A DNA stretch of 63,447 bases, filler included, from Octopus bimaculoides (Eukaryota): assembly GCF_001194135.2 (NCBI RefSeq). It is 7 parts of 6 records of this genome, joined end to end, with 100 filler letters (N's around TTAATTAATTAA, not from the genome) between each part and the next. Parts side by side here need not be neighbours in the genome. Positions count along the whole stretch, not along the records: positions 10,331 to 24,937 come from NC_068982.1; positions 25,038 to 30,764 come from NC_068999.1; positions 30,865 to 35,592 come from NC_068985.1; 4 more parts are not named here. The stretch is one strand, 5' to 3'. Made by a program: the position numbers and the translations under genes. Every line of letters starts with the position of its first letter. Position 1 is the first letter of the stretch. Shown piece by piece: positions 20,935-31,503 of the stretch. The notes beneath the pieces are model-generated. The model ran no database searches. It was given only the letters and a program-made list of their open reading frames with translations, and was not told the DNA's origin.

Positions 20935-22190
20935 TAATAATGCAATTACTGTGTATAGTGTTCAGGTGCACTACAACTCATCAAAGGTGCATGTACAGTA
21001 CATAGAATTATGTACAAAAGTCAGGAAAGTGAACAGTGTATGAATCATGATATATGAGGGTGAGTCAAAAGGTAATGCCATTTTGTTTAGGACAGGTATA
21101 ATTACCAATACAGGAACATGTGTCATGAATCAAAATGAAGCTTATTATGAGTTTATTGTTTTTCCTTTTGGCAAGAAATCCCAAAAGACAGCCGCCATGA
21201 TTTTTCCAGCTGACTTTTGCATCTTGTGGTGGTGACGTTGAGTGGCACCATTCCATTGACTGCCTCTTTGATTCTGGTCCATAATGATGAACCCATGTTT
21301 CATCACCTGTTACGAGCCTTCGAAAGAAGGTGTTGTCTCTTTGACTTTGTAGTGAAGAAGTGGCTCAAAGAACAGTCAACAGAATTTTACGGGGCAGGGA
21401 TACATGCTCTCATTCAGAGGTGGAACATTGCTATTGAGAGAAACGGTGACTATGTTGAGAAGTAGGGATGTGATGCACAGAAGACCAGCTTCCTTTTGAT
21501 GTATGATACCTATTCCTGTGTTGGTAATTATACCTGTCCTAAACAAAATGGCATTACTTTTTGACTCACCCTCATACATGTGTGCATGTGTTGTGTTGAC
21601 AAATTTCAGGAAGCATGGAGGTTTTAAAGGATGCAATGTCTCGGCAGCTAACAACTGATGCAGGTTGTCTGTTCCATGCTTCAGCAACTCTGAGTGTGAA
21701 AAAATGTTTGTGAAAGTCATGGGAGCTGTGCTGCTTTCTGACTTTGTAGACATGGCCCACCTGTGTTAGACATATGGAGCTGAAAAAGGTGCTCAAGGTG
21801 GTTGTTGGAACGATGATTAATAATTTTGTGGGTGTTTACCAAGTCAGTTGCAAGACGTAGGAGCTTCAACGTATTTATGCCCAGGGAAGCAAGGGGTTCA
21901 GAGTATGGTAGATGTCTGATGGAAGGTATTTGCTTGGTTGCACATCTCTGAACAGTTTCCAGGAGGTCAATGTCCAGGGCAAGATAGGAATTCCAAACTG
22001 GTGATGCAAATTCCAAGTATGACCCACCATAGTCATATACAGCCTCAAACAGACAGCTGGAGAGCGGCTGACAAAGGGCTTACTGACAAAGGGCTTACTG
22101 ACAAAGGGCTTACTGAGTGATTCCAAGACACTCTCAGCTTTCTTGGCAATTTTAGAGATGTGGTTTGTCCAGTGCAAATCAATGCTGACG
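20935..22190 (-). mobile_element. CR1-clade LINE 3' fragment, interrupted by a mariner derivative at 21055-21574
   Basis: WTNHISKIAKKA..., MEFASPVWNSYL.LDIDLLETVQRCATK, KHFFTLRVAEAWN..FKT. The apparent 3' UTR continues left of the mariner and ends in an ATT-rich tail at ~20935. Confidence 0.8.
21055..21574. mobile_element. 520-bp mariner deletion derivative with long TIRs and oppositely oriented transposase fragments
   Basis: TA|TGAGGGTGAGTCAAAA(G/A)GTAATGCCATTTTGTTTAGGACAGGTATAATTACCAA at both ends. The minus strand reads FFRRLVTGDETWVH..SMEW..SAGKIMAAVFWDFLPKGKTINS (21148-~21350). The plus strand reads VKKWLKEQSTEFY.AGIHALIQRWNIAIERNGDYVEK* (~21350-21465). Confidence 0.9.
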
Positions 22191-22205
22191 GTAATATATA
22201 TATAT

Positions 22206-22243
<38 letters not shown>

Positions 22244-22342
22244 TACACGTGTGTGTGTTACTGTCTCTTTTCCTAGACATCATGTGATTGTCGTAAACAA
22301 GTGTCACCATCATGATGCGGTTAGTGTCCTTGGTCCACATCA

Positions 22343-22597
22343 TCATCATCATCATCATCATCGTTTAACGTCCGCTTTCCATGCTAGCATAGGTTGGACG
22401 ATTTGACTGAGTACTGGTGAAACCAGATGGCTACACCAGGCTCCAATCTGATTTGGCAGAGTTTCTATAGCTGGATGCCCTTCCTAACGCCAACCACTCA
22501 GAGAGTGTAGTGGGTGCTTTTACGTGTCACCCGCATGGAGGCCAGTCAGGCGGTACTGGCAACGGCCACGCTGAAAATGGTGTATTTTATGTGCCAC
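22343..22597 (-). mobile_element. SINE-like repeat, family C
   Basis: Same body as the other C copies, with a (CAT)n run on its left. Confidence 0.8.
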
Positions 22598-22754
22598 GAA
22601 AATGTGTGGTTATGAGAAAATATTTCCTTATTTAGAAACAGGTGAGGGTTGGTGACAGGGAGGGTGCCTGGCTATAGAAAATCTGTCCCCAACTGACTTC
22701 TACCTGACCCATGCAAACACAAAAAAGTTGATATGTTCTTTTCTACTTTTCTAC

Positions 22755-22959
22755 TCTAGGCACAAAGCCTGAAATCTTTGGGGAGGGACTCAATCGATTA
22801 GATCGACCCCAGTACGCAACTGGTACTTAATTTATCAACCCCAAAAGGATAAAAGCAAAGTCAACCTTGGCGGAATTTGATCTCAGAACGTAAAGACAGA
22901 CGAAATATTGCTAAGCTTTTCGCCTGGCGTGCTAACGTTTCTGCCAGCTCGACGCCTTA
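22755..22959 (-). mobile_element. tRNA-derived SINE, family A, ~80 bp upstream of the exon acceptor
   Basis: Reverse complement of the family A consensus (…gctaacgtttctgccagctcgacgcctta). Confidence 0.85.
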
Positions 22960-23036
22960 GAAAAGTGGACAGGTTAAAACAATGATGATGATGCTTGTTA
23001 AATCCCTGACTGACCACATTGTTTTCTCTTTTGCAG

Positions 23037-23221
23037 CAGCAGCATCACCAGTGGGTATAGCGCCAAAGGCCAGGATGTCTGCTGATTTAGAAATTGCTGA
23101 TTACGAGAAGGATGAAGGCAAAGGAATTCTCTTCATTGGCTTTACTGCTTTAATTGTCATTGGACTTCTGCTTCTGATTATATTGTTGCCGCTGAGTTTT
23201 AGTTACCTTGACTACTACCAG
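23037..23221 (+). CDS. Coding exon of a single-pass membrane protein, probably SPFH/band-7 family (…AASPVGIAPKARMSADLEIADYEKDEGKGILFIGFTALIVIGLLLLIILLPLSFSYLDYYQ)
   Basis: Acceptor cacattgttttctcttttgcAG (23035-23036) and a consensus donor CAG|GTAAGT (23222, phase 0). The exon encodes a ~23-aa hydrophobic helix followed by PLSFSYLDYY, which I recognise from invertebrate band-7-domain proteins. The exon call is strong; the family call is moderate. An in-frame ATG is at 23075. Confidence 0.8.
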
Positions 23222-23286
23222 GTAAGTATCCAGCCTCATTTTTACCTCTCTCCATCATTGCTCTGTGTGTGTGTGTTTGTGTGTAT

Positions 23287-23500
23287 TATATTAGAAGGAA
23301 AACCAAAAACCAAGGCAGAACGAGTATCTCAAGTCATTCAGAATAATTTCATTGGGTTAAGGTGAATTCACCTTACCCTAATTAAATTATTTTAATCAAA
23401 TTGCTCTAATACACAGCTGACAACAAGGTATGCGATAAGGAAGAAAGAAAAGTTGAGAGATACTCGTTCTGCTTTGGTTTTTGATTTTCCCTCTAATATA
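23287..23500. mobile_element. ~214-bp MITE-like element with 44-bp TIRs and a central 18-bp palindrome
   Basis: 23287-23330 matches the reverse complement of 23457-23500 at 41/44 positions, and both ends are TA. TAAGGTGAATTCACCTTA lies at 23358-23375. Confidence 0.8.
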
Positions 23501-23953
23501 ATATATATGTGCTATAACGAAACCCTAAAACAGATCCCTAGATCCGGCTTTAGCTGTGATCTTGGAACCTAACTGTCGACAAACTATAGCACTTAGTCAG
23601 CATACCTGTTCGTTTAAATCACAAGTGAACTAAATCCCTCATATTCTCATTGTAACTTCTGCATTTGATGTTATGCAAGATACACCTTAAAAAAAATGTC
23701 TCAAAGCGATCAGCCCAAGTCCACTGTATGTAATTGCTTTAACCCTTCAGCATTCAGGTTACTCACTTGAATGTAATGCATATTTATTCACAGCTGTGGC
23801 CAGTGCCACCTGACTGGCCTTCGTGCCAGTGGCACATAGAAAGCACCAACTGAATGTGGTCGATGCCAGTACCCCCTGACTGGCCCCCATACTCCTGGTG
23901 GCACATAAAAAGCACCATCCAAATGTGGCGGATATCAGTACCTTCTGACTGAT

Positions 23954-24413
23954 TGGTACGACCACAAACCTGAAGGCATCGTCGAAAATAGAAATGCAAA
24001 GATCCTAAGGGATTTTATGATTCAGTGCAACCATGAGATAGAGAATAGGAAGTCAGACATAACAAACTATGCTGGATCATAGACATAGTATGCCCAGCTA
24101 ACAACAAGGAAGAAAGAAAAATCGATAGATATGACTGGTTAGCTTGGGAGGTTAAGCAGTTGTGGTTGATGAAAAAGGTGGTAGTGGTACTAATAATTGT
24201 CAGAGCCTTGGGATCAGTGAGCAAAAATCTTGAGAAGTATGTGGAACAAATAGGGGCGGCAATAAGGGTGGAGCACTTTCAGAAAACAGCACTGCTTGGA
24301 ACCGTTTGAATACCCCGGAGGGTGCTCGAAAAATAAGAGGTGTTACCTTAGTTTATTGGTAGTGAACAGCTGACACTGTAGTACATCTCCAGCGTTAGAA
24401 ACTCTGCAAAGGC
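23954..24413 (+). mobile_element. R4/Dong-like non-LTR retrotransposon, 3' fragment (restriction-like endonuclease), ending in (AAT)n
   Basis: WYDHKPEGIVENRNAKILRDFMIQCNHEIENRKSDI..IIDIVCP..KIDRY..EVKQLW..LGSV..FQKTALLGT. A short 3' UTR is followed by (AAT)n at 24414-24445. Confidence 0.85.
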
Positions 24414-24446
<33 letters not shown>

Positions 24447-24692
24447 TGTCTTAAATTTAGCCACAGGGGTAGCAGTTTTTGGGGAGAGGTTAAGTCAGTT
24501 AGATCAACCCCAATGTTCAACTGGTACTTATTCTGTTGACCCCAGAAGGATGAAAGGCAAAATTGACCCTGGTGGAAAGCATGCTAACAGTTCTGCAAAC
24601 TCGCCACCTTAATAATAATAATAATGATAATAATAATAATAATAATAATGATAATAATAATAATAATAATGATAATAATAATAATAATAATA

Positions 24693-24937
24693 ATACCTTT
24701 ATCAAAGGAAAAATGACAAATACATCTAATGTGAACCTTGACCAGCAAAATGTCATAAAAGAGTTAGAACCAGCGGAGAGCTACAAATACCTAGGGGTAA
24801 TTGAAGGGGACAATATCAAGCACTCAGTGATGAGGGAAAGGATCAGAAAAGAATGTTATCGCAGGGTGAGAGCAATACTGAAGACAGAGCTGAACGCGAG
24901 AAACAGGATCGAAGCGATCAATGCTCTAGCCATACCA
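24693..24937 (+). mobile_element. R4/Dong-like RT fragment, 5'-truncated inside (AAT)n
   Basis: ESYKYLGVIEGDNIKHSVMRERIRKECYRRVRAILKTELNARNRIEAINALAIP is open. It starts directly after (AAT)n at 24610-24692 and runs into the spacer. Confidence 0.8.
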
Positions 24938-25147
24938 NNNNNNNNNNNNNNNNNNNNNNNNNNNNNNNNNNNNNNNNNNNNTTAATTAATTAANNNNNNN
25001 NNNNNNNNNNNNNNNNNNNNNNNNNNNNNNNNNNNNNAATGTCCTGTACCCAGATATGCACCTATACATACAGGTGGATGTCGGTATGCACATACCTGTA
25101 CGTATATATGCATATACTCATTTACTATTTGCTTATATATATATATG

Positions 25148-25196
<49 letters not shown>

Positions 25197-25197
25197 G

Positions 25198-25390
25198 AAG
25201 GCGCGTGGGTTAGTGGTTAGGGCATTCGACTCACGATCGTAAGGTCGTGAGTTCAATTCCCGCCGACGCGTTGTGTCCTTGAGCAAGACACTTTATTTCA
25301 CGTTGCTGCAGTCCACTCAGCTGGCAAAAATGAGTTGTACTTTGTATTTGAAAGGGACCAGCCTTGACACACTCTGTGTCACGCTGAATC
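25198..25390 (+). mobile_element. tRNA-derived SINE, family D
   Basis: A box ggttagtggttagg and B box gagttcaattccc, then tgtgtccttgagcaagacactt... and a body (ccagccttg.cacactctgtgtcacgctgaat) shared with family E. Confidence 0.75.
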
Positions 25391-25520
25391 TGTGGTATTA
25401 AACACAATATTTGCTGTAGCCCATCTTTTATACCAAGACAAAATAATGTACATGATAACATTTCCAATCAGTTAAGATGAGAAGCCATGAGCCACTGCCT
25501 GGTTCTGTAACAGGGAATTT
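25391..25520 (-). repeat. Fragment of an (AAT)n-associated non-coding element (related to 58098-58590 and 31161-31250)
   Basis: tgtggtatt...atttgct overlaps the end of the 58.5-kb copy. ccaatcagttaagatgagaagccatgag matches the reverse complement of ctcatggcttgtggtcttaacttattgg at 31194. It abuts (TTA)n at 25520-25595. Confidence 0.55.
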
Positions 25521-25561
25521 ATTATTATTATGATTATTATTATTACTATTATTATTATTAC

Positions 25562-25596
<35 letters not shown>

Positions 25597-25953
25597 GAAA
25601 CAGTGATCAAATTCACGTGACCTGCAACATATTGTTATAAGCTAAGGAATTAATCATTGATTAACACACATACACCGGTGGGATGGTCACATGGAATGTT
25701 GTATTATTATAAATCTGTCCGATAGAGTTGACACGGGGTTGGACTAATCCGATATGTGCGCGTGCGCAAACACGTGCGTGGGTGTTTGTAGGAGCCAACG
25801 CATGTGCGCGTCGCAGTGTGTGCGTGCGTATGTGTGACTGTGTGTATGGGAGTGTGTCATTGTGTATAAGGGGAAATAAATGGCAAAATATGAGAAACAA
25901 ATTAAAACAAGAAAAAAACGACATTCAGACTATAACAAACAGATGTATATATA

Positions 25954-25997
<44 letters not shown>

Positions 25998-26234
25998 CGT
26001 GCGTGCTTGTGTGTGTGTGTGTGTATATATATATATGAATATATCTTTATATTGTATATAAATATCTATATATATATGCATATGTGTATGTATGTACGTA
26101 CGTATGTATGTATATATATATATATATATATATATAGATAGATAGATAAATAGATAGATAGATAATAGATAGACAGACATAGATAAATATATAGATAGAT
26201 AGAGAGATAAATAGACGGACAGATAGATAGATAT

Positions 26235-26266
<32 letters not shown>

Positions 26267-26443
26267 CGAGATAGATAGATAGACAGACAGGTAGATAGAT
26301 ATATAGATACAGAGAAACAAACAGGCAGACAGACAGATAGATAGATAACACAGAGACAAACAAGTAGACAGAGAGACATCCTGCCAAATAGACAGATAGA
26401 CGGACACACACACACACACACACAGCATATAAGNNNNNNNNNN

Positions 26444-26497
<54 letters not shown>

Positions 26498-27899
26498 CAG
26501 AGAGAGAGAGATAAAGAATAGGTGAATAGTGGGTGAGTGATGTGTGGGGTAGAAAGGTATGGTAAATGAACTGTTCTGCAACGAGGTTTTTACATCAAGG
26601 TCTCCACATTCCAGCAGATATATATCAAGCTGATATCTTCTGGATAGATGCCAAACCCGGTTTGTTTGGCTGTTAGCTCAAATTTTTCCCGCCAGCGGTA
26701 TTCTCTGGTGCAATAACGTTCTTTGTACTTCCGACATAGAACTTCGCTATTGATAGCTATGCAATTACTAATGTGATGCACTGTTAGACTTGCAACGACC
26801 CTGTGTTCATGCTAGAACAACCAAACCTCGCCATTAAATATTACCACCGCTGGCCCCCGTCATTGCTATCGAAACCATCACCACAACAACTACTGCAACA
26901 GTAGCAAACTGCCGTCGCCACTACTACTGCCGTGGCCACTACTGCTGCCATCACCATCACTGCTGCCGTCGCCCCCACTGCTACCGCCGCTGCTACCACT
27001 ATTACCATCGCTACCATCAGCTTCACCGAAGCAACAACAACCAATTATACCACTACAGTCTCGACGAAACTCCTTATTTTTAATGTTTACGTAGATATTT
27101 TACATACTGCTTTCATTAATGGCCTCACTGGTGGTGTTTATTTTTTTCAAACATCTGCGTTCTTTTCTTCTTTTAACTTGTTTCTGAAATATTGAGCGGA
27201 AATACAAGACGTACTATGCAAACTGGTCAACTTATTACGTTTACACAGCATGAAACTAATACTAGCTGTAATTAAAATCTTGAGTGATGTTAAATGATAT
27301 TAATCTCTTACTGGATGGAATACTTTTTTGTCGATCCACCAGTAACGGAGCAGTGTGATAAGTAGCTTGCTTACCAACGACATGGTTCCGGGTTCGGTCC
27401 CACTGCGTGGCACATTTGGCAAGTGTCTTCTTCTATAGCCTAGGGCTGACCAAAGCCCTTGCGAGTAGATTTGGAAGGCGGAATCTGAAAGAAGCCCGTC
27501 GTATATATATATCTATATCTATATCTATATAATATTATATATATATATATATATACATACATNNNNNNNNNNNNNNNNNNNNNNNNNNNNNNNNNNNNNN
27601 NNNNNNNNNNNNNNNNNNNNNNNNNNNNNNNNNNNNNNNNNNNNNNNNNNNNNNNNNNNNNNNNNNNNNNNNNNNNNNNNNNNNNNNNNNNNNNNNNNNN
27701 NNNNNNNNNNNNNNNNNNNNNNNNNATATATATATATATATATATATATATACAAATACATTATTTACATATACTTTTCCGGACACTAATACATGCTTCT
27801 AATAATCCCTCGTTTAAAATAACGAAAGTTAAAATAAAGACTGAACTTCATATAATAAACTAAGGCTCCGCAGGCGATTCCTCGGCTTGGCTGCAATCT

Positions 27900-28360
27900 T
27901 GTCACTAAAATCGATTAAACGAATGTATGAATATCAACATATAAGAAAGAATGCTGGCCTCATAAGACCTAAGTGAGACAACCGTTCGAATACTGTCCGT
28001 CCTGCAGATAATACCACACGTTACAGAAAAAATATTGCAGAAATACTAAGCAAACCAGTGGAACTGTCCATAACACAATCAATAAATATGGACGAACATT
28101 AGCGCTTCTTCCTGAAGCAAAAACGAAGAAAATGAAAAAAGAAGAAGAAAAAAAAAAAAGGAAACCGGGGAAATTATCACCAAATATAACCAGGTTCCAT
28201 ATAATATTTTTCCAGCAAAACCAACTGGAACATCAGTACGATATATAAACTAATTTACAAAGTTCTACCGCGGTATTATCCAGGGAAACTGAGTTTGATT
28301 ATAAGAAACTAAGTCACTCCTTACCCATGACCATCGCGAAACAACAGCAATAAAAAGAAG
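27900..28360 (+). mobile_element. Highly degenerate Penelope-like RT/thumb fragment
   Basis: Remnants AGLIR, RKNIAEILSKPVELSIT, KPTGTSVRYIN and FDYKKLSHSLPM resemble the PLE motifs GLYRDD, ITI, KP...YIN..SNHP and IKxSYSCMP. There are many stops. Confidence 0.45.
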
Positions 28361-28742
28361 GCAGCTGAGAGAAAATATATAATAGGAAAATCAACAAAAA
28401 AGAAAGTGTAGGATGGATGTATGCTTTGTCAGTGAAATAAAATTGGAAGGGATCGGATATTGTAAAGAACAAAACGAAGAGCGTAGAAAAGGAAAAAAAA
28501 AAAACAGAAAAAAAATAAGGAACGATGATGTATTTTGAAACAAATAGAAAAATAGTCTAACGGGATATCAATAAAGGAAGAGCAGAGCAGAAGATACACT
28601 AGCAACAAAAACAGCAGGAATGGCGGTAATCCAATCATATTGGATCATGAGAGAACATCGTAAGCAAAGTATATAACATGATAAAGGTGAATAATAAGAT
28701 TAGAACGGCAGTAGGAAAATATGATGGTGATGGCGATGGTTG

Positions 28743-28836
<94 letters not shown>

Positions 28837-29150
28837 GATGATGACGGTGATGATAAAAACTAATTGCGATAATATCCCGAAACTGACGTAGCATAAACGG
28901 TAAAGAATTCACCAACGTAATCACGATAATTAGCTAGTGGAAGTCTTTGAGAATCGATGAAGTCCTCCAATTTCTGGTTAAAGTATTTCTGAACCAGTTT
29001 ACAGGAAACTGTGGTAGCCATTTGCAGCGAAATACTAAAGAGACCAGAATCAACATCCAGTTGGTTAATAAAATATGAAAACGATAACATTTTGAACATC
29101 CTTCATTGAAAACACTGGGGATTCCGAAACTACAGATCGGTAACCTGTTT

Positions 29151-29233
<83 letters not shown>

Positions 29234-29772
29234 AAGTTGTAGTATATGTATATATATGTGTGTGTGTATGTGTGTGTGTGTGTGTGTACGTTTTTATGTC
29301 AAGTCATATAGAAAGACAAGTTAACATGGAATTGAAGAAATACTCAATGCTTTTTAGAAATAGAAGAATACACAGCCTGCTGAAAGCAAGCAAACTGAAA
29401 CTTCGAATTCACTGTCCACCTTGTAATATAAATCCATATGAATGTATTTGTGTATATATATATTTATAATTACAGAATTAAGGTTTAGAACGAAGGCATT
29501 AAATGAAGTATATATATATTATTTTATTCTTTGTTTCCTTTTACTTGTTTCAGTCATTTGACTGCAGCCATGCTGGAGCACCACCTTTAGTCAAGCAAAT
29601 CGATCTCAGGACTTATTCTTTGTAAGCCAAGTACTTTTTCTGTCGTCATTTTCGCCAAACCGCTAAGTTACGGGGACGTAAACACATCAGCATCGGTTGT
29701 CAAGCGATGTTGGTGGACAAACACAGACACACAACCACAGATACACATACATACATACATACATACATATAT

Positions 29773-29818
<46 letters not shown>

Positions 29819-30253
29819 GTGTGCTTCTTTGTGTGTGCANNNNNNNNNNNNNNNNNNNNNNNNNNNNNNNNNNNNNNNNNNNNNNNNNNNNNNNNNNNNN
29901 NNNNNNNNNNNNNNNNNNNNNNNNNNNNNNNNNNNNNNNNNNNNNNNNNNNNNNNNNNNNNNNNNNNNNNNNNNNNNNNNNNNNNNNNNNNNNNNNNNNN
30001 NNNNNNNNNNNNNNNNNNNNNNNNNNNNNNNNNNNNNNNNNNNNNNNNNNNNNNNNNNNNNNNNNNNNNNNNNNNNNNNNNNNNNNNNNNNNNNNNNNNN
30101 NNNNNNNNNNNNNNNNNNNNNNNNNNNNNNNNNNNNNNNNNNNNNNNNNNNNNNNNNNNNNNNNNNNNNNNNNNNNNNNNNNNNNNNNNNNNNNNNNNNN
30201 NNNNNNNNNNNNNNNNNNNNNNNNNNNNNNNNNNNNNNNNNNNNNNNNNNNNN

Positions 30254-30295
<42 letters not shown>

Positions 30296-30725
30296 GTGTG
30301 CTTCTTTGTGTGTGCATGTGTATGTCTTTGTGTGTGCATGTGTGTATGTATGTATGTATGTGGGTGTATATATGTGCATATGGCTGTATATATGTGTGCG
30401 TGTGTGTACGTGGGTGTATATATGTGTGTGCTGTGTGAGTGTGAGTGTGTATGTGTATGTATGTTTGGTTGCTCATCTAAAAGATAATATTATTATGGCT
30501 GAGAAGAAGAAAAAACATCAGGAGTGGATATATTGTTGCAAATAACAGCCCGGCTTTTGATAACCCAAGCAGTTACCTGAAAGAAAAAAAAGAGCGATAT
30601 CGAAAACAAGAAGAGAAAACCCATTTTAAAAAATGCATTGAAAGAAAGAAAAGGTTTAAACATGTTTATGGATTGATTATCGAGAAAATTGCAACAACAT
30701 ATCATGATCGTGTATACTGGAGATA

Positions 30726-30764
<39 letters not shown>

Positions 30765-30899
30765 NNNNNNNNNNNNNNNNNNNNNNNNNNNNNNNNNNNN
30801 NNNNNNNNTTAATTAATTAANNNNNNNNNNNNNNNNNNNNNNNNNNNNNNNNNNNNNNNNNNNNAATAATAATAATAATGATAATAATAATAATAATAA

Positions 30900-31088
30900 C
30901 AAAAACACCAGGACTTACAAATATATATAACATACAGAAAATTGCACTACTGGGTACTGCACACATTCTACGAAAAACACTTTCAATACAGTAAACATAA
31001 GAGCACCACAGCAAACCACAGCACATACCCAAGGCGCACAGAGCTGCGCTCGGTAGTGAAGTGAAAGCACGTTATAAAAATAAAACTA

Positions 31089-31091
<3 letters not shown>
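30900..31091 (+). mobile_element. R4/Dong-like 3' end flanked on both sides by (AAT)n
   Basis: KTPGLTNIYNIQKIALLGTAHILRKTLSIQ* (stop 30992-30994) plus a ~97-bp 3' UTR. (AAT)n lies at 30865-30899 and 31092-31160. Confidence 0.85.
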
Positions 31092-31160
<69 letters not shown>

Positions 31161-31440
31161 TTTCCTTCATAGGCCAGAGGTTGAACAGTAGTTCTCATGG
31201 CTTGTGGTCTTAACTTATTGGAAGTACGTGTACAAGTTTTGCCTTGGTTATGGCTCAGTATCCCCGATGAACCATAGGGGAAATAGAATATATTTTATTG
31301 GACTAACGATTACGGATTAAATACTTTTGCTTACTCTCAGATTTATTTTTAAATACTTTATTCAAAATGGCCGGACGTAGCTTCTTTTCTGAACTTGTCA
31401 CCCCTTTGTACACACACACGCACGCACACGCGCGCACGCA

Positions 31441-31503
<63 letters not shown>

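Noticed and set aside
25198-25272. tRNA gene (cloverleaf-like, CT-CAC-GA loop)
   Set aside because: Arms pair imperfectly, there is no poly-T terminator, and it runs straight into a SINE body; it is a SINE head.
26590-26781. Minus-strand 63-aa ORF and a nearby FYVGST (GIY-YIG-like) string
   Set aside because: Short, no supporting motifs in frame, and flanked by stops.
29812-30315. tatatacgtgtgcttctttgtgtgtgca repeated on both sides of a gap
   Set aside because: Typical unmerged contig overlap at a microsatellite gap.
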